A stretch of 64,000 nucleotides of DNA from Candidatus Hodarchaeota archaeon. GTDB taxonomy: Archaea > Asgardarchaeota > Lokiarchaeia > Sigyniarchaeales > SOKP01. Shown piece after piece: positions 39,786 to 50,785 of this stretch. A program made the translations under genes and the position numbers. The DNA is taken from the NCBI GenBank assembly GCA_048886685.1, contig JBHLKM010000013.1, positions 64,001 to 128,000 of the forward strand. The letters run 5' to 3'. A model generated the notes under the pieces. It did not search any database. It was not told the DNA's origin and saw only the letters and a list, made by a program, of their open reading frames with translations. Positions within the stretch are counted from its first letter, which is position 1. Each line of letters starts with the position of its first letter.

Positions 39786-40658
39786 GTGATTGATCTTCAC
39801 CTTCATTCAACTGCTTCTGATGGTTTAAATACACCGTCCCAATTAATCAAAAAAGCATTAGAACTGAACTTAAAGGGTATTGCCTTAACAGATCATGATA
39901 CAATTGATGGTTTGGGAGAATTTTTATCTTATGGGGAAAAAAAAGATTTAATTGTATTACCGGGAATTGAAATCTCAGTAAAACATGAACCACAAAGGGA
40001 ATTAATAGATATACATATTCTTGGCTTAAATATTGATCACAATTCAACAAAATTAATAAATTCAATAGAGAATCAAATTAAAGGCAGATGGGAACAAAAA
40101 AAAGCGATTTGTAGTCGTCTTAGAAATGAATTTAATTATGATATTACTTTCAAAGAAGTTAAAGCTTTAGCAGGAGGAAAGGTTGTTGGACGCCCTCATA
40201 TTGTTGAGATTTTGATAAAAAATAATCCAGATAAGATTAAAGGACAATCTAAAAAGGATCTTTTTAAGATGATTAGTATGGGTGGTGCCGCATTTGTAGA
40301 AAGAGAAATAGAACTTAATTTTGAAGAATCTATTGATTTAATTAAATCTGTCGGAGGTATTCCTATTCTTGCCCATCCAGGAGTCTATCAAGTATCAAAT
40401 CGAGAAAAGTTTATCCAATTATGTGTTGATGTAGGAATCGAAGGGATTGAAATTGAATACACTTATGGGAATAATAGACCATTTTATGAAACAGATAAAG
40501 CTAAATGGGCACAAGAATTTTTTCCAAATTATTACAGAGATATTGCTGAAAAATATAGTTTAATAAAATCAGGTGGTTCCGATTATCATGGAGGGAAAAA
40601 GGGAATAAAGATTGGGGGTGCGAGGGTACCAGATAAATATTTAAATAGTTTTATTTAA
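39786..40658 (+). CDS. PHP domain protein
   Basis: DLHLHSTASDG, ALTDHD, GRPH, LAHP, GGSDYHG. Confidence 0.92.
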   Translation: MIDLHLHSTASDGLNTPSQLIKKALELNLKGIALTDHDTIDGLGEFLSYGEKKDLIVLPGIEISVKHEPQRELIDIHILGLNIDHNSTKLINSIENQIKGRWEQKKAICSRLRNEFNYDITFKEVKALAGGKVVGRPHIVEILIKNNPDKIKGQSKKDLFKMISMGGAAFVEREIELNFEESIDLIKSVGGIPILAHPGVYQVSNREKFIQLCVDVGIEGIEIEYTYGNNRPFYETDKAKWAQEFFPNYYRDIAEKYSLIKSGGSDYHGGKKGIKIGGARVPDKYLNSFI

Positions 40659-40745
40659 TTTTTGAATCCATAAATATTCTTTATAAGGAGTCTTACTGGT
40701 TTATTATGCTAAAATTTTATTAGCTAGGATTAATTACTATTAAAG

Positions 40746-42689
40746 TTAATCTTTTAAGAGTTTTTCCAGCTCTTTAATTTGATTATCAATTTTTTCTTCA
40801 TAATCCTTTATTTTTTTTTTTTTCTCGTCAAGTTCATGTTCAGAAAGTTCGCCCATAAGTGCTTTCATATCAAAATCTATGCTCATTTTGTTTAAATCTG
40901 CTTTTTTTAGTTTTAGTTCAATCAATGTTTTTTTGGCATGCTCTATTTGAAGCTCATCAATCTTAGGTTTTTGTTGTTCAGACGTAATAATATCTTTCGA
41001 ATTTGTCTCCGAAATAGTTTCTTTAGGCATTTCATTTGATTTTAATGTTTCCTGGGTTATAGGGGATTGAATAGATATTGATGGGATGTCTACTTTTATT
41101 AATTCTGAAGGATGGGAAGGTTTTTCTACTTTTGATGCTTCTTCAGTAATTTCTATTGATAAAGGATCTTTTATTTTTGTTTGACTAACACTTACTTCAT
41201 TTTTGGAGGGGGATATATTTTTAACATGACCAAATGCAGAAGTTTTTAATTTTGATTTAGCATCTTTTGGAACAGATCCTAGAGTTTTTGGTCTGATTTT
41301 TACCATAAAATCATCAGGATTTAATTTCAAACCAACATCCTTAGTTTCGATTTGAGATTCCGTAATTTTATTTTGTTCCTGCATAATCTGGGGAGACTTA
41401 ATCAAATCTATTGAAGAACCTTGCTCTGTTTGTGGTAACTCTGTTGTATTATGGTCTATCGCTTGTTCTATTATTTCTTTTTGAGCTGGAAGTTTAGGCG
41501 CAGGTGATTTAGGCATTTCTAATGTTTCAATTGTAATAGTTGGTTTTGAAACAATAGCTTTTTTTGGTGATTCTGGTTTCTCTGAAGCTTTAGATTGTTC
41601 TGTTCTGTCTGTTTCTATTGGAATGGCTGGTGTTGGTTGAGGAGCTCCAACTTGTTCTAACATAACCTTAATTTTTTGTGATTTCTCAAAAAATTCCTTC
41701 CCTAATGAATCATCTCCCAATTCTACGCATAGAAAGCTAATTTTATCAAACAGAAATGCAGCTTTTTCAAAATCTGCGGACTTCAATGCTGCTGTCGCTT
41801 CTTCTATTAACTTGTCTCGCTCTAGAAGCGGCTTTAACAAAGGAGAGATTTCTGCGCTCATTTCCAATATATCTGCAATAATTTGTATCATTTTATCCCG
41901 ATTTTGAGGATCTTTTGCGATCATGGAGTATGCTTTTAACCCTAAAATCCTTTCAATTTGAGTAGGATGAATAGCACCTTTCAAATCTTGTTTGTTTCCA
42001 ATTACTGCTGTATGTGCATGTGGAGATTGTTGTTTTATTAATTCTAAGAAAAACTTGCTTTTCTCAACATTTTCTAAGGTCGAATCCGTAATTAAAAGCG
42101 CAGCATCGCTACCTTTAATAAAATTATTCCAAAGATAACTAAATTGTTCTTGACCAGCAAAATCCCATAAATGAAAATGCAACTTTCCTATTCTTACAGT
42201 AGCAATATCACCTGTAATTGTAGGTATATGTTGCATTGGTATCTCTTCTGCCCTTATCAATTTAGTTATAGTTGTTTTTCCTACTCCAGAAAAGCCAATT
42301 AAAGATATCTTTGGTCGAAGATTCTTGTGGATTGTATCTACTATGGGATCAAACACTTCGAATGTTTTTGCATCAAAACGAAGTTGTAATATTTCTTCAA
42401 ATAAATTAACAAATTCATTCCTACACTTCACTAACTCTTTTTTAATATTATCAAATTTGTCGGTTAAACCAGTAACAAATAAAACTATTATTCCAATACT
42501 TTTTTGGGTTATGTATGATACTCTAAATTTATAATAATCATGGAATTCCAATCTATCTTCCTCTCGAGTAGATTCATCTTCCATAATTTCAGATATAAGA
42601 TAATCAAGAGCTTCATGTTTTAATGCCTTTCCAAAATGCCTATAATACAGAAGTTCCTCTCCCTTATAAATGAATACTTGTCTTAACAT
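40746..42689 (-). CDS. Longin-like domain - small GTPase - helical unit - disordered linker - C-terminal helical hairpin
   Basis: N-terminal MLRQVFIY..LLYYRHFG longin pattern; GFSGVGKT, HIPTI, WDFAGQ, NKQD. Confidence 0.88.
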   Translation of the reverse strand: MLRQVFIYKGEELLYYRHFGKALKHEALDYLISEIMEDESTREEDRLEFHDYYKFRVSYITQKSIGIIVLFVTGLTDKFDNIKKELVKCRNEFVNLFEEILQLRFDAKTFEVFDPIVDTIHKNLRPKISLIGFSGVGKTTITKLIRAEEIPMQHIPTITGDIATVRIGKLHFHLWDFAGQEQFSYLWNNFIKGSDAALLITDSTLENVEKSKFFLELIKQQSPHAHTAVIGNKQDLKGAIHPTQIERILGLKAYSMIAKDPQNRDKMIQIIADILEMSAEISPLLKPLLERDKLIEEATAALKSADFEKAAFLFDKISFLCVELGDDSLGKEFFEKSQKIKVMLEQVGAPQPTPAIPIETDRTEQSKASEKPESPKKAIVSKPTITIETLEMPKSPAPKLPAQKEIIEQAIDHNTTELPQTEQGSSIDLIKSPQIMQEQNKITESQIETKDVGLKLNPDDFMVKIRPKTLGSVPKDAKSKLKTSAFGHVKNISPSKNEVSVSQTKIKDPLSIEITEEASKVEKPSHPSELIKVDIPSISIQSPITQETLKSNEMPKETISETNSKDIITSEQQKPKIDELQIEHAKKTLIELKLKKADLNKMSIDFDMKALMGELSEHELDEKKKKIKDYEEKIDNQIKELEKLLKD

Positions 42690-42714
42690 GATGGTTCACC
42701 AATGAAATATAAAA

Positions 42715-43206
42715 TTAGCTAGAGACGTGTTTTACTAGATCTTTTATAATTGAATATTTTTCTTTTTTTATTTCTTCTTGTTTTAGGGTATCTTCTATTT
42801 TTGATAACTCTTTTGAGAAATTAAAGATTGAAAATTCTTTTATCTCCTCATCTTTCGAACTTTCGCTTAACTTTTTTAAGAAAACACTAATGCTGGGCAT
42901 AAATTTTGCTAAATTAACATTTAGATCAAGTTTTGAAATCAAAATCAATTTTTCTGAAAATGAAAATAAATAATTGTTTTCTTGAGCCTCGAGTGCGAAT
43001 GAGTTTATCTTTTCTAATCTTAATTCTTTAGCAATCTCATTCGAACCTGAGATTAGTGATAGAATTTTTTGAGGAATTACTTTCCCCTTAGAAAATTCTT
43101 TTATTTTGGTGCCTAATATGACACCATACTTATTCGCTATAGCACACTCAGCATTTAAATCAGATTTTAATTGTGTGATAATTTCCTCGTAATTAATTTG
43201 ACTCAT
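42715..43206 (-). CDS. Roadblock/LC7- or profilin-like protein
   Basis: Helix, AIANKYGVILG hairpin, helix, three strands, helix; 25 bp upstream of the longin-GTPase. Confidence 0.55.
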   Translation of the reverse strand: MSQINYEEIITQLKSDLNAECAIANKYGVILGTKIKEFSKGKVIPQKILSLISGSNEIAKELRLEKINSFALEAQENNYLFSFSEKLILISKLDLNVNLAKFMPSISVFLKKLSESSKDEEIKEFSIFNFSKELSKIEDTLKQEEIKKEKYSIIKDLVKHVSS

Positions 43207-43316
43207 AAAATAGAATTTTATTTTTTATTAAATAATGAAACCCAATTTATTTATATTTATTTGTTATTAAACTCATTATATCAATTAGATTTTGATGAAT
43301 TAAAAATATACTCAAA

Positions 43317-44114
43317 TTGAAAGTATACAAAACACACTTTTCAGAAAAAGAATCTGACATAACTATTTTTTCAGAATCAAAAACTGCAATATTAAAAGCA
43401 AAACAAATTTTTTACATACATCGGAGAAGTTTAGAGAAATATGTGTCTAAAAATAATCTGTTTTTAACATCACTATCTCCTATTAAAGTGAATACGGAAA
43501 TAAAAATTATTAATCTAATGGCTGATGCTGCTTATATTTGTGATGTGGGTCCTATGGCTGCAGTTGCGGGTGCTCTAGCAGATCTTATGTTAGAGGCTAT
43601 GAAAAATGAAAATGAGGCAGAAGAGTCCGATTTTATTGAAGCTCAAATTGCTTTAGTTGAAAATGGTGGTGAAATAGCGGTAGATACTATAGAACCTATG
43701 AATATTGCGTTATTTGCTGGAAATAATGAATTAAATTTGAATATTGGATTCATAATTGAAAAAAAAGATTGTCCCCTTGGTATTGGAACAAGTTCTGCAA
43801 CAATTGGGCATGCTATTAGTTTTGGACAAGCTGATACAGTTACTATTTTTGCTACAAATGCAACTTTAGCTGATGCAGCGGCAACTAGAGTGGCAAATTC
43901 AGTAAAAGGAAAAGATGTTGAGAAATCAATAAAACTAGGATTAGATATTGCTGATGATATTGAGGGTGTCATAGGTACTTTCATTAGCAGGGATGATAAG
44001 ATAGGGCAAGCAGGCAAATTACCAAAATTGATGAAAATTGAAGGAGATAAAAGACAAATTTTACGAGGAAAAGTAGATGATAAATTTCTTGGAGATTATG
44101 AGATTTTTAAATGA
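43317..44114 (+). CDS. UPF0280 / ApbE-like protein
   Basis: VGPMAAVAGA, VENGGEIA, TSSATIGHAISFG.AD, ADAAAT. Confidence 0.92.
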   Translation: MKVYKTHFSEKESDITIFSESKTAILKAKQIFYIHRRSLEKYVSKNNLFLTSLSPIKVNTEIKIINLMADAAYICDVGPMAAVAGALADLMLEAMKNENEAEESDFIEAQIALVENGGEIAVDTIEPMNIALFAGNNELNLNIGFIIEKKDCPLGIGTSSATIGHAISFGQADTVTIFATNATLADAAATRVANSVKGKDVEKSIKLGLDIADDIEGVIGTFISRDDKIGQAGKLPKLMKIEGDKRQILRGKVDDKFLGDYEIFK

Positions 44115-46392
44115 CCCAAAATATTGGTGTTTCCCCACCCTCCTCTATTTTTGAGGAACATATTTTATCTAAATAATCAAGACTGTAATATGTTTCTAAT
44201 TCATCTTGTGATAACTTTCCAAATAGTTCAAATCCTTTATTTATTATATACGTATCAGAAAACATAATATATACATCTGTATTATAATCTTCCTTAACTT
44301 GTTTTAAGATATTCGTTCCATTTTCATCAAAATGATTTTCAGGGGGAAATAAATCAATTTCGTACTTTAGATTGTAAACATTCCCTTCATATGGAGGGGT
44401 AACATTTATATTATTATGGGTATAACTATAGTATTTAAATACATTAGTCCAACCGAATTCAGTAATTAAAACATTTTTATCAGAAGTATTGTTCGAATAC
44501 CATTGAATAGGGCTTATATCTCTTCTCCTTAAAGTAAAAACCTCAAAACTAACAGATTCATAGAAGTAAGTAGTTAATAATGAAAAAACAATGATAAAGA
44601 AAATTATAAATTTCATACGAATTGTCTCGATCTTTTTTAATTTAATAATTTTATATATATAAGAAATAAATCCAATCACGATAATAGGAGGGATTAGATA
44701 TAATATTCTCTGCCAAATCATATTACTTAATATCAGTATATTGAAAACAAATCCTATACCTAATAAAATGAAAAGACCTATACCCCAGATAAATAATGGT
44801 TTTCCTCTTGGCTTTTTTTGATATACTATTAAACCCCATATAGCAAAAGCACTAAGTAATATGATTTCAGATATGTAAAATATATTAGTAATTTCTATTT
44901 CTATCCAAATTAGATTTACAATTAGTAAGCTAATAGTAATTACGATTAAAATACTGAAAATAAGAGGAATTATAACTTTATCTTCAATTTTTTTAAAATA
45001 CTTGTTTTTTTTCCCTAATATTGCTGACTTAAATCTACTTTTATTGAACTTAATTGATTTCTGTAATTTCCATAGTAAAATTCCCCCCGCCAAAATCCCC
45101 CCTCCCCCAATTAAAAGTAAGAAATACCAAGAGAAGTTAAGTGGGATGAAGAACCAATAATGACCACTCCCTATGCCAAAAATATTTAAAATCAAAAAAA
45201 TCCCCATTAGACTACATAGGAAAATAAAATCTATTCCTCTTCTATAATCCTTCAAGAAATAAATTAGATATAGCCATAAAAATGAAAACAAAAAGATTAT
45301 AGACGTAATTACATGTGTGAGTACTGAACTTACAAATACCATAAGAGTTAAAATGTAAATCAAAAAAACGTTTGAAATAATTTCCCTTTTAGTTGGACGT
45401 TCTAATTGAATGAATTTCTGTAATCTAATATAAAGAAGGAGAAATATTGCTAAACATTTAATTAATGCTGATCCTGAAGGCCAATACTGAAGCATCATGT
45501 TAGAAAATCCCAGAGAAGAAAATTCAATAATAAAAACGCTAAAGAGAGATAGATTCTTCCTTTTAAATATCCTCAATGAGATGCTATAGAAGAGAATAGC
45601 AGAAAGAAAGAATGTATAAATTAAAAAATATTTTGGAATCAATATGTGACTTACTCCTGAAAAAAAATTGATAACTGCTCCAAAAATACTAATTCCCATC
45701 GTTCCATGGTATCCTTTAAGCGGAAGAATATTCTCTTCAGTTATTATTCTACTATTAAGAATGTGAAGCCATGGGTCAGTTCCAAGGAAGATACTAAATT
45801 TAGTTATATTGAGAATACAAATTAGGGATAAAAAAACAACAAGTAATAATGAATTTAAAGTAATTTTATTTTTAAGGTATTTAAAGAGGGAAAACTTATC
45901 TAGTTTCTCACTATTGTCTATTAAATGATATATTGGTTTAAAAAATACGTAGGTCTCCTTTTTAAACTCAAAAAAGACTATATAGCATATAATAATTAGA
46001 AATGGAATCATTGTTCCAAAGAAGAATAAAAAACCTGATATTGAAATACCAACCCAATATCCGAAATATCCTAAAAATATAAAGAAAGCGGAATTTACAA
46101 CAATAGTCAAACCTAATTTTTCTAAAACAGTGAACACCTGCCTTTTTAGAATTATGAAAAAAATGGGATAGAAGGGTAAAAATAATATAACAAAGATAGA
46201 ACTAAAAATTACTATAAGCTGATATATAACTTCAAGGCCAATTATATCTGATATACCTATAATGGTGTTAAAATCTATTAATTTAAAAAAAACAAACAAC
46301 ATAGATACAATCGAAACTAAGAAGATGAAGCAATTAATTCTAGAATGGATGAAGAAAAGAATTCTATTAAACCTTAGTCTCATATGGCTCAT
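44107..46392 (-). CDS. Polytopic membrane protein, GT-C-like fold
   Basis: More than 15 hydrophobic segments, GTDPWLH loop after an early TM, soluble C-terminal domain; lies at the edge of the glycan locus. Confidence 0.6.
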   Translation of the reverse strand: MSHMRLRFNRILFFIHSRINCFIFLVSIVSMLFVFFKLIDFNTIIGISDIIGLEVIYQLIVIFSSIFVILFLPFYPIFFIILKRQVFTVLEKLGLTIVVNSAFFIFLGYFGYWVGISISGFLFFFGTMIPFLIIICYIVFFEFKKETYVFFKPIYHLIDNSEKLDKFSLFKYLKNKITLNSLLLVVFLSLICILNITKFSIFLGTDPWLHILNSRIITEENILPLKGYHGTMGISIFGAVINFFSGVSHILIPKYFLIYTFFLSAILFYSISLRIFKRKNLSLFSVFIIEFSSLGFSNMMLQYWPSGSALIKCLAIFLLLYIRLQKFIQLERPTKREIISNVFLIYILTLMVFVSSVLTHVITSIIFLFSFLWLYLIYFLKDYRRGIDFIFLCSLMGIFLILNIFGIGSGHYWFFIPLNFSWYFLLLIGGGGILAGGILLWKLQKSIKFNKSRFKSAILGKKNKYFKKIEDKVIIPLIFSILIVITISLLIVNLIWIEIEITNIFYISEIILLSAFAIWGLIVYQKKPRGKPLFIWGIGLFILLGIGFVFNILILSNMIWQRILYLIPPIIVIGFISYIYKIIKLKKIETIRMKFIIFFIIVFSLLTTYFYESVSFEVFTLRRRDISPIQWYSNNTSDKNVLITEFGWTNVFKYYSYTHNNINVTPPYEGNVYNLKYEIDLFPPENHFDENGTNILKQVKEDYNTDVYIMFSDTYIINKGFELFGKLSQDELETYYSLDYLDKICSSKIEEGGETPIFWVI

Positions 46393-46568
46393 TTCTCAAA
46401 TATACATTAAGGTAAATTTAAATTAAATTTTATCATAAAAAATCTCATATCCTATAAAAATATTCATAAAATTGAAATTCTGAGAAAAGCTATTATTTTT
46501 TTTCTTTTTAAATGCTTCTATGCTTCAAAATATAAAAATAGAGCAAAAAAATTTGGGTAAAGTTATTT

Positions 46569-47882
46569 TTATAAATACTCTTTTCTTTCTGGAAGACTTT
46601 TCCAATCCAATAATAGAACTAAGCCACCTATTAATGCTACGGTTATCCAAAGTAAAAAAGCAGCCCAAGAACCCGCAGCACCAATAAGAGCTCCTGAAGT
46701 AAATGTTGTAATTGCAGCTCCAATATATCCCCAACCATCGATAAATCCCGTAGCAGCAGATGCTGCTTTTCGCGTCCCAAATTCCATAGGTATTGTAGAA
46801 ACTAGAAGTGCATGCGGCGCAAAATTCAAAATTCCAATTAAGATCAATACAGGAATCCCAAAAACAATATCAAGTGGGGGAAGTAATGTATAAATCAACA
46901 ATATTATAGATAATAATATAAAAAAAGCACATATTACAGGTATTCTTCTTTTTCCAGCAAATTTATCAGAAATCCACGCACCTACAAGAACACCAATTGT
47001 ACCTCCAATGGGGTAGAATATAGATTTCCATACAACAAATTTATCAGCACCAGTTACTTCAGGACTGAGTAAATATGGAAGCCAATCTGTCAATCCATAT
47101 CTAACCATATTCAAACAAAATAAACCAAAACAAGCAAAAAGAACGGTTTTTGTAAAGAACACTGTTTTAGCCGTGTACTTAAAACCTACAAATTCATCAT
47201 CACGGCAATCACCCAATTCCATTTTCCCCTCAAATTCTTCTTCAATAGTTGGTAAGCCACATTCTTCTGGAGCATTTCGACAACGGATGAAAAAATGAAT
47301 TGCCATGAATAACATAATTACTCCGGGAGTAATAAAAGAGAATCGCCAATCTAAATTAAGTCTTTCAGTTATAAATATAGCAATTATCCACGATACTACA
47401 CCCCCAAGTAAATATGACGTAGCAAGTCTACTTGACCACTTCCCTCTCTCTTCTGCTGGGTGCCAATTTGCAATCGTTTTTACAGAAGGAGCCCATCCCA
47501 TTGATTGGAAATATCCATTCAAACCCCACAGTAAAAATGCAACCCAAATAAAATCAAAAGCAACTCCCATAAATATATTGATGACGGAAGAAACTATCAA
47601 TCCTATTGTAATAAAACGTCTTGCCCCTACTTTATCACCTAAAAATCCATTAACAAATTGACCAAATGCGTAAGCAAGAAAAAAAGTTGAACCGATAAGG
47701 CCCATAACTGCTTCTTCAATTCCGAATTCAGTTATGATAAATGGTTTCGCTATTGAAATATTTGTACGTCCAATATAGTAGATCATATAGGTAATCCAAA
47801 CCGTAAAAAATATACGCGTTCTCCATGATTTAAATGTTTTCTTTACCTCAATCTCACTACTAGAATTTAAGTTTTTACTCAT
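46569..47882 (-). CDS. MFS transporter, organophosphate:Pi antiporter (GlpT/UhpT) family
   Basis: YYIGRTN, GYFQSMGWAP, W....ERG, RYGLTDWLP, AATGFIDGWGYIG. Confidence 0.88.
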   Translation of the reverse strand: MSKNLNSSSEIEVKKTFKSWRTRIFFTVWITYMIYYIGRTNISIAKPFIITEFGIEEAVMGLIGSTFFLAYAFGQFVNGFLGDKVGARRFITIGLIVSSVINIFMGVAFDFIWVAFLLWGLNGYFQSMGWAPSVKTIANWHPAEERGKWSSRLATSYLLGGVVSWIIAIFITERLNLDWRFSFITPGVIMLFMAIHFFIRCRNAPEECGLPTIEEEFEGKMELGDCRDDEFVGFKYTAKTVFFTKTVLFACFGLFCLNMVRYGLTDWLPYLLSPEVTGADKFVVWKSIFYPIGGTIGVLVGAWISDKFAGKRRIPVICAFFILLSIILLIYTLLPPLDIVFGIPVLILIGILNFAPHALLVSTIPMEFGTRKAASAATGFIDGWGYIGAAITTFTSGALIGAAGSWAAFLLWITVALIGGLVLLLDWKSLPERKEYL

Positions 47883-47912
47883 ATTTTATTTCACTTAGCT
47901 AATTATTTTTTA

Positions 47913-48836
47913 TTATATTTTACCATCTTTTATTAATTCTTTAGCATATTCATAATCTTCTTCTGTATCCATCTCTACCCATTCTCTCTGAATATCAACT
48001 GAATGCATCGAATATCCTCGTAAAATAAGTTCTTCAATCATATCTGTTAAGTATGCTTTTTGCATTGTCGTTGCATCGTGAAATCTTCCCTCAAATTTAC
48101 AAGTTTTATTGTATTTCGCACGATTATAATTACGGATTAAGATTTCTGCACCTTTTTTTGTAAATTTACCAAGTCCTATGAATTCTCCATATGCAACATC
48201 TGGATTATAAAATTTTGATAGATTCTTTATTTTCCCGTGTTCTACAATAGCTAATTCAGCTTCGTCTGTAGGATGTTTCATACGTCCTTCATATCTTTTC
48301 CTCCAGTCAGTATCTATGATAAAACTAAAATCATGAGGTGAATCCAATAGTTTTTTAACGACATTTTTACTGTACAAGATATCTGAATAGGTGAAAATAA
48401 ATCCATCTTTCATTGCCTCCTCAGCATAAAACAAGGATTCGAGAATATTATTGTTATAATAATCATCATTATCATAGTATGTAATATTTGGTAAGTCAAT
48501 TTTTTCTTTTTGATATCCTCGAATAATTACAAAATCATCAAGACCAAAATATTTAAAATTATCCAAAGTCCGTTCAAGAATGCTTTTTCCTTCAATTTCT
48601 AATAAACACTTTGGTTTATATTCAGTTAGAGGTCTTAATCTTGTACTTGGGCCAGCAGCTATAATAATTACTTTCATCTCTTTTACATCTATATTTTCCT
48701 CATATCTTCTTACAACGCGCTCTAGAAGCGAAATGTGCTCATTGAATTTTTCAGATGTTTTTTTATATCCGACTTTTTTAACACTCTCATAAATCTTCTT
48801 AATTTCTTCAGGATCTGTATATTTTCGTGTCGGCAT
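47913..48836 (-). CDS. Phosphocholine/phosphonate cytidylyltransferase family (LicC/PntC-like) with N-terminal HTH-like extension
   Basis: AAGPSTRL...KPKCLL, YYNNNILESL, YSDI, GEFIGL, WVEMDT.EDY. Confidence 0.85.
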   Translation of the reverse strand: MPTRKYTDPEEIKKIYESVKKVGYKKTSEKFNEHISLLERVVRRYEENIDVKEMKVIIIAAGPSTRLRPLTEYKPKCLLEIEGKSILERTLDNFKYFGLDDFVIIRGYQKEKIDLPNITYYDNDDYYNNNILESLFYAEEAMKDGFIFTYSDILYSKNVVKKLLDSPHDFSFIIDTDWRKRYEGRMKHPTDEAELAIVEHGKIKNLSKFYNPDVAYGEFIGLGKFTKKGAEILIRNYNRAKYNKTCKFEGRFHDATTMQKAYLTDMIEELILRGYSMHSVDIQREWVEMDTEEDYEYAKELIKDGKI

Positions 48837-49116
48837 ATTTTTTTATGAATAGTTTGATAACTTCAAAAGTACACTTACCTATATAAACTTTTACAATTTT
48901 GATCTTCAACAAAAACTTTTATTAGATAGAAATCTATGAAATCTTATATAGGTAAGCTAATTAAATTTTCACTTAATTATTAGGTATTCTGATTATTATT
49001 TGCCTAAACTCAATTATATCATCATTCTTATTCAACAATCTATTAAAACTCTTAGGAGCGTCAAAAGAAATTTGTTTTTAATTAAATCGGATCTTTAAGA
49101 GGAATTCAAGAATTAG

Positions 49117-50619
49117 TTATTTGTAAAATTTTCTAATATGCTTATTAAAATATAGAGGGAAATACAAAATCCAGACCAGAATTTCCTTCCATCTTTGCAA
49201 TAGAAGTTTTCTTCGCTTGATTAAAGATCTGATTACAAATTTCAAATAACCTGTGTCTTTAATTTGATCTGATACATTATTTAATTCTGTATCTAATATT
49301 ATGAATTTTTTCGTGTATTTTTGATATTTCCTTCGTAATTTTTTTAAACCATAACCAGTCATTCTATTATAGATTAAGATCGTAATGAGACTGTAATTTT
49401 TAATGGAATTGAAAGTATTAACCTCAGATAATTTTATTATTTTATTTTTATTTTTTAGATTTTCTTTAAGAAATATTACTAATTGAGGAGGGAACTGGTT
49501 TGGAATTAGGATGTTCTCAGACTCTAGAGAAGCTAAGAAACTTTGATTATATATATCATTTAAAGTATTTTTTAATATTTCATAAGCTTTTTTTTCAGTT
49601 TTTAAATAGAATCGAAACATTTCATTAAAGATTTTTGGATTTGAATTCCTTAAATCTAATTTTTCCAATGGGTCTTCACTTAAATTATATAAAGTAAATT
49701 TTCCATTAATATTCAGAAGTTTCCACTCATCTTTGGTGATCATCGTTTTTTTAATCGTTTGAAACATTAAATAACAGTCTCCTCTTATTTTTCTTTCTTT
49801 ATTAACATCGTTGTCTTCCTCAATTAATTCCTTGAAAGAAATTGATTCTCTTTCATGACTTGCTTCGATATTTAAATAATCAAGAACAGTCTCCATAACA
49901 TCTATTAAATAAACTTGCCTTTCAATTGTTTTTGGTTGTGTTTTTGTTAAATTTGGTGGAATTTTAATAAATAAAATTGGGCGCATTGAAGATTGGTGAA
50001 TATCGTCGAAATGCATTATTTTTCTCTTTTTATATAAATTGTGATCATAATAACCATGATCAGAACTAAAAATGAAAATAGAATTATCCCATAAACTTTT
50101 ATCTTTAAAATAATCTATAGTTTTGTTTAAATATAAATCAGTATGAGGGTCACTTGCCCTGAAAAATAAAAGAAAGAAATTGTTTTCGCTAGGTATAAAA
50201 TGTTCCATTTTTTGGATGAAAATTTGATATACTTCCTTCGCATCTAACCAACGATCTCCCGGATATAAATTTTTAGTGTAATATGGATTGAGAATATTTT
50301 TAGTAATAATTACTTGTTCTCTTCCAAATATAATTGATTGGATATTGTAATTAGCTTTTTTCAAAGGAGAAATATTATTATCTTTAAAACTCGGAAGTTT
50401 ATCAATAGAACGATAATAATCAGGAATTAAGTAATAAGGGAATCGCCCAGTTAAAAATGAAAGAAGAGATAAGTTAGTTGATGGGAATTGAGAAATTGCA
50501 TTTTCAAAATAAAAGCCTTCCTTATTTTTTTTTAAACTATTGAAGACAGGAAGTAACCCATGTAAATCAGTTCTTTCATAATTGCAGATTCCATCAATTA
50601 TAATCCAAAAAATATTCAT
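49117..50619 (-). CDS. Alkaline-phosphatase/sulfatase-fold protein (Thr at the nucleophile position)
   Basis: IIIDG, QFPSTNLS...LTG, SSDHG, LYNLSEDPLE. Confidence 0.8.
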   Translation of the reverse strand: MNIFWIIIDGICNYERTDLHGLLPVFNSLKKNKEGFYFENAISQFPSTNLSLLSFLTGRFPYYLIPDYYRSIDKLPSFKDNNISPLKKANYNIQSIIFGREQVIITKNILNPYYTKNLYPGDRWLDAKEVYQIFIQKMEHFIPSENNFFLLFFRASDPHTDLYLNKTIDYFKDKSLWDNSIFIFSSDHGYYDHNLYKKRKIMHFDDIHQSSMRPILFIKIPPNLTKTQPKTIERQVYLIDVMETVLDYLNIEASHERESISFKELIEEDNDVNKERKIRGDCYLMFQTIKKTMITKDEWKLLNINGKFTLYNLSEDPLEKLDLRNSNPKIFNEMFRFYLKTEKKAYEILKNTLNDIYNQSFLASLESENILIPNQFPPQLVIFLKENLKNKNKIIKLSEVNTFNSIKNYSLITILIYNRMTGYGLKKLRRKYQKYTKKFIILDTELNNVSDQIKDTGYLKFVIRSLIKRRKLLLQRWKEILVWILYFPLYFNKHIRKFYK

Positions 50620-50785
50620 TTAGATACCTTCATAATATTTACTTTGCGAGAATTACTATTTTCATAAAGAAAATTTTTGAAAGGATAAAAACTTAATTCC
50701 TTTTTATTGAATAAGAGATTTAAAATAGCGAGGGAATATAAATTTAAAATCAACAATTAATTAATTGCTTCAATTTTCAAACTTT

